64,000 bases of DNA. Origin: an uncultured Actinomycetes bacterium (GTDB lineage: Bacteria; Actinomycetota; Actinomycetes; Nanopelagicales; Nanopelagicaceae). The notes under the pieces were generated by a model. It saw only the letters and a list, made by a program, of their open reading frames with translations. It did no database searches and had not been told where the DNA came from. Below are positions 40,394-51,367 of this stretch, piece after piece. Location of the stretch: assembly GCA_903842675.1 (NCBI GenBank), contig CAIMMQ010000017.1, positions 4,442 to 68,441 of the forward strand, in the 5' to 3' direction. Each line of letters opens with the position of its first letter. Position 1 is the stretch's first letter. The position numbers were made by a program, and so were the translations under genes.

Positions 40394-41497
40394 ATGGCAG
40401 CGCGCGAATACCTTGAAGAGGTATCTCAACTTAGAGTGACGCTATCCGCAATTGAACAAGTACTAAATCTCCCCAAACTTCATGCAGATTTTGCAACCTT
40501 GGAAGCCGAAGCAAGTGCACCAAACCTTTGGGATGATCCAGAAAAGGCTCAAATAGTAACAAGCAAACTTTCGCGAGTCTCGGCAACAATAAATAAGTCG
40601 AACACAATCCGCCGTCGCCTTGAAGATGTTCCACTTCTCTTAGAACTTGCACAAGAAGAAAAGGATTCATCAGCGCTGGCTGATGCTGGGGCCGAGCTTG
40701 ATGATGTGACAAAAGCGATTCGCGAACTAGAAGTTCAAACACTTCTTAGTGGTGAATATGATGATCGCGACTGCTTAATAACAATTAGATCTGAAGCTGG
40801 TGGTGTAGAGGCCGCCGACTGGGCACAGATGTTGATGCGGATGTATCTTCGCTATTGCGAGCGTCATAATTTTAAAGTGGATGTCCTTGAAACTTCATAT
40901 GCAGAAGAAGCTGGAATTAAATCAACTACATTTCGAGTGAGCACCCCTTATGCCTACGGAACACTTTCAGTGGAACAAGGGACTCATCGCTTGGTACGAA
41001 TTTCACCATTTGATTCGCAATCTCGTCGCCATACTTCCTTTGCTGGCGTAGAAGTTGTTCCCGTGGTCGAACAAAGTGATCATATTGTTATCGATGAAAA
41101 AGAGATAAGAGTTGATGTTTATCGCTCATCTGGCCCGGGCGGACAAGGTGTAAACACAACGGATTCTGCAGTTCGCATTACGCACTTAGCGAGCGGAATC
41201 GTTGTCTCTTGCCAGAATGAACGTTCCCAAATCCAAAATAAAGCGACCGCAATGGCAGTGCTGCAATCCAAGTTATTAGAGCGCCGCCGCCAAGAAGAGC
41301 GAGCCAAGTTAGATGCGCTTAAGGGCGATAACTCCGGATCATGGGGAAATCAAATGCGTTCATATGTACTTGCTCCTTATCAAATGGTTAAGGATCTAAG
41401 AACAGATTTTGAAGTTGGTAATCCATCCGCGGTTCTAGATGGCGAGATCGACGGATTTCTTGAAGCTGGCATCAAGTGGCGCAAACGCCGAGATTAA
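40394..41497 (+). CDS. prfB: Peptide chain release factor 2 (no programmed frameshift)
   Basis: SPF anticodon motif (RISPFDS), GPGGQGVN; leaderless TACCCT-N6-ATG. Confidence 0.96.
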   Translation: MAAREYLEEVSQLRVTLSAIEQVLNLPKLHADFATLEAEASAPNLWDDPEKAQIVTSKLSRVSATINKSNTIRRRLEDVPLLLELAQEEKDSSALADAGAELDDVTKAIRELEVQTLLSGEYDDRDCLITIRSEAGGVEAADWAQMLMRMYLRYCERHNFKVDVLETSYAEEAGIKSTTFRVSTPYAYGTLSVEQGTHRLVRISPFDSQSRRHTSFAGVEVVPVVEQSDHIVIDEKEIRVDVYRSSGPGGQGVNTTDSAVRITHLASGIVVSCQNERSQIQNKATAMAVLQSKLLERRRQEERAKLDALKGDNSGSWGNQMRSYVLAPYQMVKDLRTDFEVGNPSAVLDGEIDGFLEAGIKWRKRRD

Positions 41498-41740
41498 AGT
41501 TCTGAAAATTGTTCGATAAATCACGTCACGCTTAAATCTCCAAAAAATCTTCTAAATTGCCCGAATCTCTCAGGTTTTTTTGCGCGTATTTCGCGTTGAA
41601 TTACGCCTGCCCTCTCTAAACTTCCAACCATAGCCAATCCATAGTTAATCCATAGTCAACTAGATTGGTTGCAGGGCGGTCGCTCTACGGCGGCCACATG
41701 TAACGCATGATTTAGTTATGAAGAAGTAAAGGAGGTAGAT

Positions 41741-42430
41741 GTGATTCGGTTTGAGAACGTAACAAAGATCTACCCAAAGCAAGAACACGCAGCACTCGAT
41801 TCAGTCGACCTTGAAATCCTAAAAGGCGAGTTCGTCTTCTTGGTTGGCCTATCTGGTTCTGGTAAATCAACCTTCCTTCGTTTGGTTCTTCGCGAAGATC
41901 GGCCAACATCAGGAAATATTGTTGTGGCTGGCAAAGAACTTAACACCCTAGCGGCGCATAAGATTCCGGAACTTCGCCGACAAGTAGGAACTGTTTTTCA
42001 AGATTTCCGCTTATTGCCAAATAAAACCGTATCTGAAAATGTGGCCTTCACATTGCATGTGCTCGGTTATTCACAAAAAGAGATTGATCGTGAAGTACCA
42101 GAAGTTTTGGAACTTGTTGGGCTAGAAGAGAAGACAGATCGCAAACCTTCTGAGCTTTCTGGCGGCGAACAACAACGCGTTGCAATCGCACGTGCTTATG
42201 TGAGCCGGCCGGCAATTTTGATCGCAGATGAACCAACCGGAAACCTAGACCCAGCGACAAGTGTTGGAATCATGAAACTTCTTGATCGGATTAATCGCGA
42301 AGGCACAACAGTTGTCATGGCTACCCACGATTCTAAGATTGTTGACTCAATGCGCAAACGCGTAATTGAACTCGAAAATGGCCATGTAATTCGCGATCAA
42401 GTTCGCGGCGTATATGGGTATGCGGGATAA
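41741..42430 (+). CDS. ftsE: Cell division ABC ATPase FtsE
   Basis: [46 protein letters not shown]. Confidence 0.95.
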   Translation: MIRFENVTKIYPKQEHAALDSVDLEILKGEFVFLVGLSGSGKSTFLRLVLREDRPTSGNIVVAGKELNTLAAHKIPELRRQVGTVFQDFRLLPNKTVSENVAFTLHVLGYSQKEIDREVPEVLELVGLEEKTDRKPSELSGGEQQRVAIARAYVSRPAILIADEPTGNLDPATSVGIMKLLDRINREGTTVVMATHDSKIVDSMRKRVIELENGHVIRDQVRGVYGYAG

Positions 42431-42444
42431 CGGGGAGCAGATAG

Positions 42445-43347
42445 ATGCGAGCAGGATTCTTATTTAGTGAAGTTCGTATTGGACTTCGTCGGAATTTAAC
42501 TATGACATTTGCGGTGATGATTACCGTAGCAATCTCCTTGACACTGCTTGGTATTGGTTTGCTCGCCAATTCCCAAGTTCGCGTGATGAAAGATTATTGG
42601 TATGACAAGATCGAAGTTTCGGTCTTCCTCTGTGGTTCGCTATCGGAATCTGCATCTTGCGCGAGTGGGCCGGTAACTCCAGCGCAGCGCACCTCAATTG
42701 AATCAGATATTCAAGCCCTTCCAGCTGTCGCAAAAGTTTATTACGAGTCACAATCACAAGCCTTTGTTCACTTCCAAGAACGCTTTAAAGGATCTGCAAT
42801 CGCGCAGAATGTTACGCAAGATCAACTTCCAGAATCTTTTAGAGTCAAATTAAAAGACCCGACAAACTTTGCTGTAATTCAAAGCGCTTTCTCCGGGCGT
42901 CCAGGTGTTGATTCAGTTCAGGACCAGAGAACCATTTTGGAAAAATTCTTTAAATTGCTTGGTGTCCTTCGTGATGGTGCACTCGCAATTGGATTAGCAA
43001 GTGTGCTTACCGCAGCGCTATTAATTAGCAATACCTTACGTATTGCCGCCTTCAACCGACGGCGTGAAACTGGCGTAATGAAGCTTGTTGGCGCTTCCTC
43101 ATTCTCAATCCAATTACCCTTCTTATTAGAAGGTGTCTTCTCCGCGATTGTTGGTTGGATTGTTTCGACTGGGTTGTTATCCCTCTTTAAATTATTAATT
43201 GATGCAAAGGTTGCCCCGCTCTTGAGTTTCACACAATTCTTTAAGTGGTCCGATGTCTGGGTAGCATCAAGCCTTCTTTTGCTAACAGGATTTGTAGTTT
43301 CAACTACAGCGTCAATACTTACGCTTCGTAAGTATTTACAGGTTTAA
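42445..43347 (+). CDS. ftsX: Cell division permease FtsX
   Basis: GLRRNLTMT, LPESFRVKL, RRRETGVMKLVGAS; follows ftsE. Confidence 0.95.
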   Translation: MRAGFLFSEVRIGLRRNLTMTFAVMITVAISLTLLGIGLLANSQVRVMKDYWYDKIEVSVFLCGSLSESASCASGPVTPAQRTSIESDIQALPAVAKVYYESQSQAFVHFQERFKGSAIAQNVTQDQLPESFRVKLKDPTNFAVIQSAFSGRPGVDSVQDQRTILEKFFKLLGVLRDGALAIGLASVLTAALLISNTLRIAAFNRRRETGVMKLVGASSFSIQLPFLLEGVFSAIVGWIVSTGLLSLFKLLIDAKVAPLLSFTQFFKWSDVWVASSLLLLTGFVVSTTASILTLRKYLQV

Positions 43348-43454
43348 CTCGCATATAAGCGTTGCCTCACCCAATATTCAATAATATTCAACAATTTTAA
43401 TGAGGCTTACACGCTGACTTTGCCAACATAGGGTCGAACGTGGAGAATTGGTCA

Positions 43455-44618
43455 ATGCTCGCCAAGATCAAGTCGCTAATAAGCGCATGGCGAAACTCAA
43501 GTGTTAATTCAAGCGCTGCAATCTTTTCATTGCTGTTGATCTTAACTTTCGCCGTTGGCGATTATGTGGGTCAGCATCGACACAATTCAACAGTCGATGA
43601 AACAATTAGCAATGTATTAAAGAGAGATACCCGTGCCCCAGCAAAAGGCGTCCTTGAACGCGCGGCGATTGAAGCAGTCCTAAAAGCCACCGGCGATCAA
43701 TGGGCAAACTATTTCCCTGGTAAATCGGTGCAATATTTAAACCAGAAACTGCAAGGCCGCTATAGCGGAATCGGTATTTGGCTTCGAAAGAACACGTCAG
43801 GTGTTCTAGAGGTTTCTAGCGTGCAACCACATTCACCAGCAGCCGAAGTTGGAATCAAGGTTTTAGATTCACTTGTTGAAGTTAATGGTGCCTCAATGGA
43901 TGGTGCTTCGATAGCAACTGCCGTGGCTTCATTACGTGGCGCCCCAAATACACCGGTAATAATGCAACTTGAAAGAAATCAAAAACCATATCGAGTTAGT
44001 GTCCAACGCGCTGCAGTCTTAAATGGCGACGTCGTTGCCAGCCAAATTGCACCAAACATTGTCTTCATTCAAATTTCATCATTTAGTTCTAGTACCTCAA
44101 GTGACGTCGCCTTGGCACTTTCAAAATACCCACATAAGAGTGGGGTGGTTATCGATCTTCGAGATAATCCAGGTGGGTTAATTCAAGAAGCAGTGAACGT
44201 AGCTTCACAATTTTTAGATGAAGGGACTGTAGTTTCCTATTCTCGAAAGGGTGACTCTGACGTAGTTCTGCAATCAACAAATGCCAATCCGGATTCAGCC
44301 CCTGTCACAGTTCTCATTAATAGATCAACGGCAAGTGCAGCAGAAGTTCTCAGTGGTGCATTCCAAGATCGTAACCGTGCGGTAATTATTGGTGAGAAGA
44401 GTTATGGCAAAGGAACTGTTCAAGAAATTATTGAACTTTCAGATGCTTCAAAGTTAGAAATAACTGTCGGCCGCTATCGAACACCTTCTGGACGTATTAT
44501 TGATCAGGTCGGAATTAGCCCAGATCTTTTGGTTCCCGATAATCAAGTTCTGACTAAGGCCGTTCAAGTTCTCGGTGGCTTAGCAACACTTGGCCAAAGT
44601 TCCGCATCAAATAAGTAA
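43455..44618 (+). CDS. ctpA: S41 carboxyl-terminal processing peptidase with PDZ (CtpA-like)
   Basis: YSGIGI PDZ loop, IDLRDNPGG, TASAAEVL, GEKSYGKGTVQ, GISPD. Confidence 0.88.
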   Translation: MLAKIKSLISAWRNSSVNSSAAIFSLLLILTFAVGDYVGQHRHNSTVDETISNVLKRDTRAPAKGVLERAAIEAVLKATGDQWANYFPGKSVQYLNQKLQGRYSGIGIWLRKNTSGVLEVSSVQPHSPAAEVGIKVLDSLVEVNGASMDGASIATAVASLRGAPNTPVIMQLERNQKPYRVSVQRAAVLNGDVVASQIAPNIVFIQISSFSSSTSSDVALALSKYPHKSGVVIDLRDNPGGLIQEAVNVASQFLDEGTVVSYSRKGDSDVVLQSTNANPDSAPVTVLINRSTASAAEVLSGAFQDRNRAVIIGEKSYGKGTVQEIIELSDASKLEITVGRYRTPSGRIIDQVGISPDLLVPDNQVLTKAVQVLGGLATLGQSSASNK

Positions 44619-44722
44619 GTTATCTTCAAAAAAAGGTTATTTGTAAACTTACTCCCATCACTCCAAGTACCCTTGGCTATTAGATCTTTATAGAGCTCTC
44701 ATAAATAGAGGAGGTGGTCACG

Positions 44723-45205
44723 ATGGTTAAAGAGGTAGGACGCAAACTTATTGCGCAGAACAAAGCCGCTCGTCATGACTACTTTATCGAGGACGTTTTT
44801 GAGTGCGGAATAGTTTTAACGGGAACTGAAGTTAAATCACTTCGTGCTGGCCGAGCTTCACTTATAGATGGCTTCGCCATGGTTACAAATGGTGAGCTTT
44901 GGCTTAGCGGAGTTCATATTCCGGAATACACCGAGGGCACCTGGAATAACCACACACCAAGGCGCGAGCGAAAATTACTAATCCATAAAAAAGAGATTGA
45001 TAAATTAAATGCAATCACAAAGCAGGGTGGTTTGACTCTTGTTCCGCTGTCGATTTATTTTAAAGATGGCAAAGCAAAGATCGAACTTGCTGTCGCGAAA
45101 GGTAAGAAGGCCCACGATAAGCGGGCAACGCTTATGGAGCAACAAGCAAACCGAGAGATTACTCGTGAGCTTTCTCGCAGGACGTCAGGCAAATCTAGAG
45201 ATTAA
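44723..45205 (+). CDS. smpB: SsrA-binding protein SmpB
   Basis: [38 protein letters not shown]. Confidence 0.97.
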   Translation: MVKEVGRKLIAQNKAARHDYFIEDVFECGIVLTGTEVKSLRAGRASLIDGFAMVTNGELWLSGVHIPEYTEGTWNNHTPRRERKLLIHKKEIDKLNAITKQGGLTLVPLSIYFKDGKAKIELAVAKGKKAHDKRATLMEQQANREITRELSRRTSGKSRD

Positions 45206-45552
45206 CTGAGAACCAAGTATTTCTTTAATTCCGCTGGTATCTCCGACGTTGATAACTTCCAAGATGAGTACTTTCCATCTTTAAATGCGATCAAAAAGCC
45301 TGGTTCATTTTTGTAGACTGCAATAAAACTCTTTGAGTCAAACCACCAAAATGTGCCAAGTGCGACGATAAATGGAATCGCAGTGCCAAACCTAAGGCCG
45401 CCAATCATTAATCTCTTCCAAAAATTCTTAACTGGAGTTATTGCCAAAATATGATCGATTTGAGCAACAGGTGACGCATGAATTGCGAAGATTGTTTCCA
45501 GCTTGGATAAACGCAAAGTAACTGACTTTCCGCTTACTTCAACTTGAGCCAT
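45202..45552 (-). CDS. Hypothetical protein (conserved actinobacterial type)
   Basis: [17 protein letters not shown] motif; leaderless TATAAT-N6-ATG. Confidence 0.65.
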   Translation of the reverse strand: MAQVEVSGKSVTLRLSKLETIFAIHASPVAQIDHILAITPVKNFWKRLMIGGLRFGTAIPFIVALGTFWWFDSKSFIAVYKNEPGFLIAFKDGKYSSWKLSTSEIPAELKKYLVLS

Positions 45553-45577
45553 GCCGAAATTATAGGCTGATTGTGAT

Positions 45578-45652
45578 TTCTTCTGGCATCTTCTGGCATC
45601 TTCTGGCTTCTTCTGGCTTCTTCTGGCTTCTTCTGGCTTCTTGTGCCTTCTT
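45578..45652. repeat. 10-bp tandem repeat TTCTGGC[A/T]TC x6 plus a degenerate copy
   Basis: Directly visible in the divergent promoter region upstream of ssrA. Confidence 0.95.
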
Positions 45653-45771
45653 GATCGGGGATTACTTATTCCCTCAAAGGTGTCTTACAATAAGGCACTG
45701 CTTATTTTTCATTTGAAAAACGAGCACCGAAAAAAAACTAAATATAGAAGAATAAAATGCTTCACACCCAT

Positions 45772-46143
45772 GGGGGTGAACGGTCTCGACTTTAGATGTT
45801 GAGTCAGGTGAAGCGGGCCGAGGAAGCCGGGATGATCTCGTAAACCAAAAACCCTGGCAAAAAACTAAGCGCCAGTACAACTGCCGCTGATTTCGCTATC
45901 GCTGCCTAAGCGATCTAAGTGAATCCGTTAGCCCAAGGTTGCTCTCGACTTGGATGCTAGCGTCGCTAGAGAGCTCTACCTGATGATGGTGTTACAGACG
46001 CCATTGGGGAAACCAATCTGTAACTGAGTTCGTTGACTACATGTGTTTGTGAGAGTCAGGACTGAGAAAACGAATAGAACACTACGCCCGTAGAAGCCCT
46101 GTCTTAGTGCTAGAGGACCCGGGTTCGATTCCCGGCACCTCCA
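45772..46143 (+). ncRNA. ssrA: tmRNA; tag peptide ASTTAADFAIAA at 45871-45909
   Basis: 5' GGGGGTG pairs with 3' CACCTCC-A (G3-U70); T-arm CCGGGTTCGATTCCCGG; tag ends in AIAA-stop; near smpB. Confidence 0.95.
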
Positions 46144-46261
46144 CGACAAGTGAGCGAGTAACAAAGCTTGCTTTGATTATCGCGAACGCGAAGAGGAGGT
46201 TGAACTCTTTAACGCGAAACCTCCACGACAAGTGAGCGAGTAACAAAGCTTGCTTTGATTA
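46137..46261. repeat. 43-bp direct repeat x2 with a 39-bp spacer, starting in the tmRNA 3' end
   Basis: ACCTCCACGACAAGTGAGCGAGTAACAAAGCTTGCTTTGATTA at 46137-46179 and 46219-46261. Confidence 0.95.
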
Positions 46262-47659
46262 AGCAACACCATTCATTGGCCTAGCTGGCACAAAGTATTC
46301 TTTGCCAGCAGGAGAAATCCATCTGCAAGAACCATCTGGAAAGCTTTCTAATTTCCAATCACCATGAGTCTTCATTCTGTGGTGTCTGCGGCAAAGCAGT
46401 CCCATATTTTCGGTATTAGTTTGCCCACCTTTATCCCAGGCAATTGCATGATCAATATCTGCAAGGTGCCCAGGAGCACGACAACCAGGAAATCTACAAG
46501 TTCTGTCGCGCGCGAGTAAAAAGTCTTTGAGAATTTGCGGCGGATCATAACTTTCACGTCCATAGTCCAAAAGATTTCCACTTTCGGGATGAGTAATAAA
46601 TTTGCGCCACTTAGCATCGGCTGCTAATTCACGAGCAATCTCAGCAGGGATCGGGCCGTAACCGGTTAATTGCCCTGGGTTATTTTCGAAGCCAAGAAGT
46701 GTTGGTAGATCAAGCGTTAGGTTAAGAGTTATTGGTCGGCGGTGCTTTAAGTTGGTTTCACCTGATGTTGCCAAGTAAGTACTGGCAAATTGTGTTAACG
46801 CATCAGCCCGGAAAGCGTCTAATGAATTTAGCGGGCGAACTTGCGCAAAGTCACTTGCAAGTTTTGTAAATCTAGCCATCTTGTTTGCATCCCGGTTTGA
46901 TTCACGTACTTCACCAGATGAAATTCGAGCCAATTTATCTATAGCGAGAAGCACAGTCTGAGCATCGGCAGCTGGTAAAAATGCAACTATTGTTGCCATG
47001 CCATCTTGTTCTGGAAAGTAACTAACTCGCCTTGAATCTTGGGCGCTTCTCGCGGCTTCGGCAAATTCTTCAGGAGCAAGTTTGGCAATTGCAGACCGCA
47101 ATTGATTAGTAACTTGGGCAGGGGTGTGAAATTCCGCATGTGCAATGGCGCTGGATTCCAATTTTTGAATCATCTCGACGCTAGCGCCGCTCGCAATGAT
47201 GTTTGCACTTTCCCGGGCGATTGCAGTTGCATGGGCCGCGGAAATCTCACCAGTCGCCAAGGCATTACAGGTTTCAGGTAGGTGTGCGGTGAGTGTTCGT
47301 GCAACATCGATCCGATATTGCGCAGTGTTCCCAGACATCCGCAGCGCAGCCCCAACTTCCTCACGATTTGCATCGTCAACATTTGAATATCTTGACTCCG
47401 ACTTAGTGGGCTCACTTCCCGCGACGGCAACGATCGCGCGTTGCATGAGAGATTGCAGCCAACCCGATTGTTTTTCTAGAGCGCTTAGAAAATCGACTCG
47501 CCCACTTCTTGTTAGCTCCATTGGGTCAATTCCCACCAGGGCTGACAAAACTTCGATGCCGGCAGGGGAGTGTAGAAGTGATGCGACATGGGAAGCCACA
47601 GAGTCAGTCATGAAATCAGATTCAGCGGTCTCGGCGGAACTGTGCTGATCTGTGTTCAT
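46259..47659 (-). CDS. DUF222 + HNH endonuclease (Rv1128c/REP13E12-like family)
   Basis: EVGAALRMS, GEISAAHA, RADAL, GYGPIPA, RDRTCRFPGC..DIDHAIAW..N..LCRRHHRMKT. Confidence 0.88.
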   Translation of the reverse strand: MNTDQHSSAETAESDFMTDSVASHVASLLHSPAGIEVLSALVGIDPMELTRSGRVDFLSALEKQSGWLQSLMQRAIVAVAGSEPTKSESRYSNVDDANREEVGAALRMSGNTAQYRIDVARTLTAHLPETCNALATGEISAAHATAIARESANIIASGASVEMIQKLESSAIAHAEFHTPAQVTNQLRSAIAKLAPEEFAEAARSAQDSRRVSYFPEQDGMATIVAFLPAADAQTVLLAIDKLARISSGEVRESNRDANKMARFTKLASDFAQVRPLNSLDAFRADALTQFASTYLATSGETNLKHRRPITLNLTLDLPTLLGFENNPGQLTGYGPIPAEIARELAADAKWRKFITHPESGNLLDYGRESYDPPQILKDFLLARDRTCRFPGCRAPGHLADIDHAIAWDKGGQTNTENMGLLCRRHHRMKTHGDWKLESFPDGSCRWISPAGKEYFVPARPMNGVA

Positions 47660-47687
47660 GTGAGGATAGTGTCAGGTGGCACTGACA
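47660..47687 (-). promoter_or_regulatory. PafBC/RecA-NDp-like promoter of the leaderless HNH gene
   Basis: TGTCAG-N10-CACTAT-N6-ATG; also forms the palindrome TGTCAG-N6-CTGACA. Confidence 0.62.
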
Positions 47688-47777
47688 TCAGATTTGTTAA
47701 ATTTTAATTTATTTATTTCGTTGTGTATAACTTAAGAGACGGTTATGAATTTTCAGTAAGTTTGGCATAATAAACCT

Positions 47778-47879
47778 ATGAGTAATCAATCTGAAGTATT
47801 TGCCCTCGATGAATTACTTTCTGATATTAAATCCGCAACGCAAAAGCCACTGGCATTAGCAGGTATGAGAGATGAATAA
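47778..47879 (+). CDS. Putative 33-aa small protein
   Basis: CATAAT-N6-ATG; MSNQSEVFALDELLSDIKSATQKPLALAGMRDE; stop overlaps the next start. Confidence 0.4.
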   Translation: MSNQSEVFALDELLSDIKSATQKPLALAGMRDE

Positions 47880-48198
47880 ATCTAAGGAATTTCTCCAAGA
47901 TAAATCTTTGGCGGAAATCAAACTTATCTTTAGGACTCTGGAGCTTATGCAAAATAGCTCTAAGCAAAATAGTTCCAATAAGAATGATTTTGAACTAAAC
48001 AGAATTTACGAAAACTCCATGCGTTTCAGTTTTCAACAACTAGCATCCTATTTGTCTTCCTTAAGTGACGTTACATCAGACAACGAGTTAATTCGTCTTT
48101 CTAGATTTTTAAATGCTGACGGCACATCGTTTGATCTTGCCGGCCTCGAACCCCAACTAACGTCACTTCAGAAATATCTATTAGCCACACTTCTTTGA
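47872..48198 (+). CDS. Hypothetical protein (helical, AT-rich)
   Basis: 108-aa ORF; no recognisable motif. Confidence 0.5.
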   Translation: MNKSKEFLQDKSLAEIKLIFRTLELMQNSSKQNSSNKNDFELNRIYENSMRFSFQQLASYLSSLSDVTSDNELIRLSRFLNADGTSFDLAGLEPQLTSLQKYLLATLL

Positions 48199-48258
48199 TG
48201 CAATTTGATGTAGTACCGACTTTTCCCCGACGGGGGGAAGCGAGCGCTTTAGACATTT

Positions 48259-48308
48259 CGCATAAGGGCGCATAAGGGCGCATAAGGGCGCATAAGGGCA
48301 TATAAGGG
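48259..48308. repeat. 10-bp tandem repeat GCATAAGGGC x4 plus a degenerate copy
   Basis: Directly visible upstream of the argG promoter. Confidence 0.95.
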
Positions 48309-48347
48309 TCTGAAGATGTGGGAGAAGCACACATCAGAAGCCCTTAG

Positions 48348-49703
<1,356 letters not shown>

Positions 49704-49885
49704 CCCTGGAATTTACGCTTATGAGCGTATTTCCTTTGAAATCCCACCAAGTTAATGAAAATACACCTGGTAATTCGAGTGGTGTAACCAAATTACTACT
49801 AAGTAAGCCCTTACCCTTTTTTTAAGCTTCCCCTCATTTAAAAGTATGTCTACCGACATATCTAAAGGCAATAAGGGAGGAATCA

Positions 49886-51151
49886 ATGTCGCTTCTTACA
49901 TGGAAACTTCATGGAAATGGCAAAACGATTAAAGCGGGCGAAGTCGTCTCGACCGATGAGCGCTTGGCTTGGCCACTAACAATTGGTGTTGGAATTCAAC
50001 ACATCTGCGCGATGTTTGGCGCAACATTCTTAGTACCAATCATCACCGGCTTCCCGCCAACAACAACGCTATTTTTCTCAGGTGTTGGCACAATTCTCTT
50101 TTTGATCATCACACAAAACAAAGTACCTAGCTATCTTGGTTCCTCATTTGCATTCCTTGCGCCAATCGCGGCAGCAATGACAAATGGCGGAATGGCTGTA
50201 GCACTCGGCGGAATCGTGGCAACCGGTGTAATTCTTGCCGTAGTTGGCCTCATTGTTCGCGCGGTTGGAATCGGTTGGATCAACTGGCTTCTACCTCCAG
50301 TAGTAACCGGCTCGATCGTTATGATCATCGGACTTAACTTGGCCGGCGCTGCAAAAGGCAACTTTGTAAAGGGACCAACAGTTGCAATCGTGACTTTGGC
50401 TGCCGTTGCACTAATTGGCGCAATGACAAAGGGCTTCCTAAATCGCATCAGCATCTTTGGTGGACTTGTTGTCGGTTACGCCTTCGCAATGATTCGTGGC
50501 GATATCGATACTGCTGGGCTACATGCAGCCAAGTGGTTTGCAATGCCAAGCTTCAATACTCCAACATTTAAGATGAGTGCAATCGTGCTCTTCATCCCTG
50601 TTGTATTGGTACTTATCGCAGAAAACGTGGGACACGTTAAAGCGGTTGCATCAATGACTGGAAAAGATCTTGATAATCAAATGGGATCAGCACTTCTTGC
50701 TGATGGACTAGCAACAACGCTTGCTGGCATCGGAGGCGGATCTGGAACAACTACTTATGCTGAAAATATCGGCGTAATGGCTGCGACCAAGATTTACTCA
50801 ACTGCCGCATATTGGGTTGCAGCAGCAGGCGCCATATTGCTCTCACTCTCACCTAAATTCGGTGCGGTCTTGAGCGAAACTCCAGCCGGCGTGCTTGGTG
50901 GAATCGGCGTAATTCTCTACGGAATGATCGGCGTTCTTGGTGCCAAGATCTGGATCGAGAATAAGGTTAATTTCGGAAACTCAATCAACCTATTCATAGC
51001 TGCAACAACGCTAGTAATAGGTATTGCAGATATGTCATGGAGCCATGGCAAGTATTCATTTAACGGAATCGTTAATGGAACTCTTATGGCTGTTGTTGGC
51101 TACCAGGTCCTACGCGCTCTAGCGAAGGCCAGCGGTAATCATCAAGATTAG
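49886..51151 (+). CDS. NCS2 uracil/xanthine permease (UraA/RutG-like)
   Basis: GIQHICAMFGAT, PSYLGSSFAF, AENVGHVKAV, TTTYAENIGVM signature. Confidence 0.92.
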   Translation: MSLLTWKLHGNGKTIKAGEVVSTDERLAWPLTIGVGIQHICAMFGATFLVPIITGFPPTTTLFFSGVGTILFLIITQNKVPSYLGSSFAFLAPIAAAMTNGGMAVALGGIVATGVILAVVGLIVRAVGIGWINWLLPPVVTGSIVMIIGLNLAGAAKGNFVKGPTVAIVTLAAVALIGAMTKGFLNRISIFGGLVVGYAFAMIRGDIDTAGLHAAKWFAMPSFNTPTFKMSAIVLFIPVVLVLIAENVGHVKAVASMTGKDLDNQMGSALLADGLATTLAGIGGGSGTTTYAENIGVMAATKIYSTAAYWVAAAGAILLSLSPKFGAVLSETPAGVLGGIGVILYGMIGVLGAKIWIENKVNFGNSINLFIAATTLVIGIADMSWSHGKYSFNGIVNGTLMAVVGYQVLRALAKASGNHQD

Positions 51152-51187
51152 GAAAGAATAAGCACTAAATAATCACCAGTAAGCGAG

Positions 51188-51230
51188 TCTGGCTCTATCC
51201 CATAAATCGGGATGGGGCCAGATTTCTTTT
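51188..51230 (+). terminator. Intrinsic terminator
   Basis: TCTGGCTCTATCCC-loop-GGGATGGGGCCAGA followed by TTTCTTTT. Confidence 0.8.
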
Positions 51231-51367
51231 CCCCTTCGTTACATGCAAGGGTACGAAAATTGTTCTAAAAGCATCTTGGAAATTTCGTCAATCTCGTTAG
51301 AGTTAGCCCATCACAAACACAACTGGGCATCAGTGCCCAACTGGCATCGAAACTAACTGGAGGAAAA

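Noticed and set aside
40337-40500. Programmed +1 frameshift in prfB
   Set aside because: The ORF is continuous with no CTT-TGA slippery site.
46137-46261. CRISPR array
   Set aside because: Only two repeats, no cas genes in the window, and the repeat overlaps the tmRNA and HNH gene ends. Kept as a repeat and a finding, not called CRISPR.
46259-47659. Mobile element or IscB/Cas9-like nuclease call for the HNH gene
   Set aside because: No RuvC motifs, terminal repeats, integrase or transposase; it matches the DUF222-HNH family.
48259-48308. ArgR ARG boxes upstream of argG
   Set aside because: Only GCATA half-sites in direct repeat; no palindromic TGCAT-N4-ATGCA.
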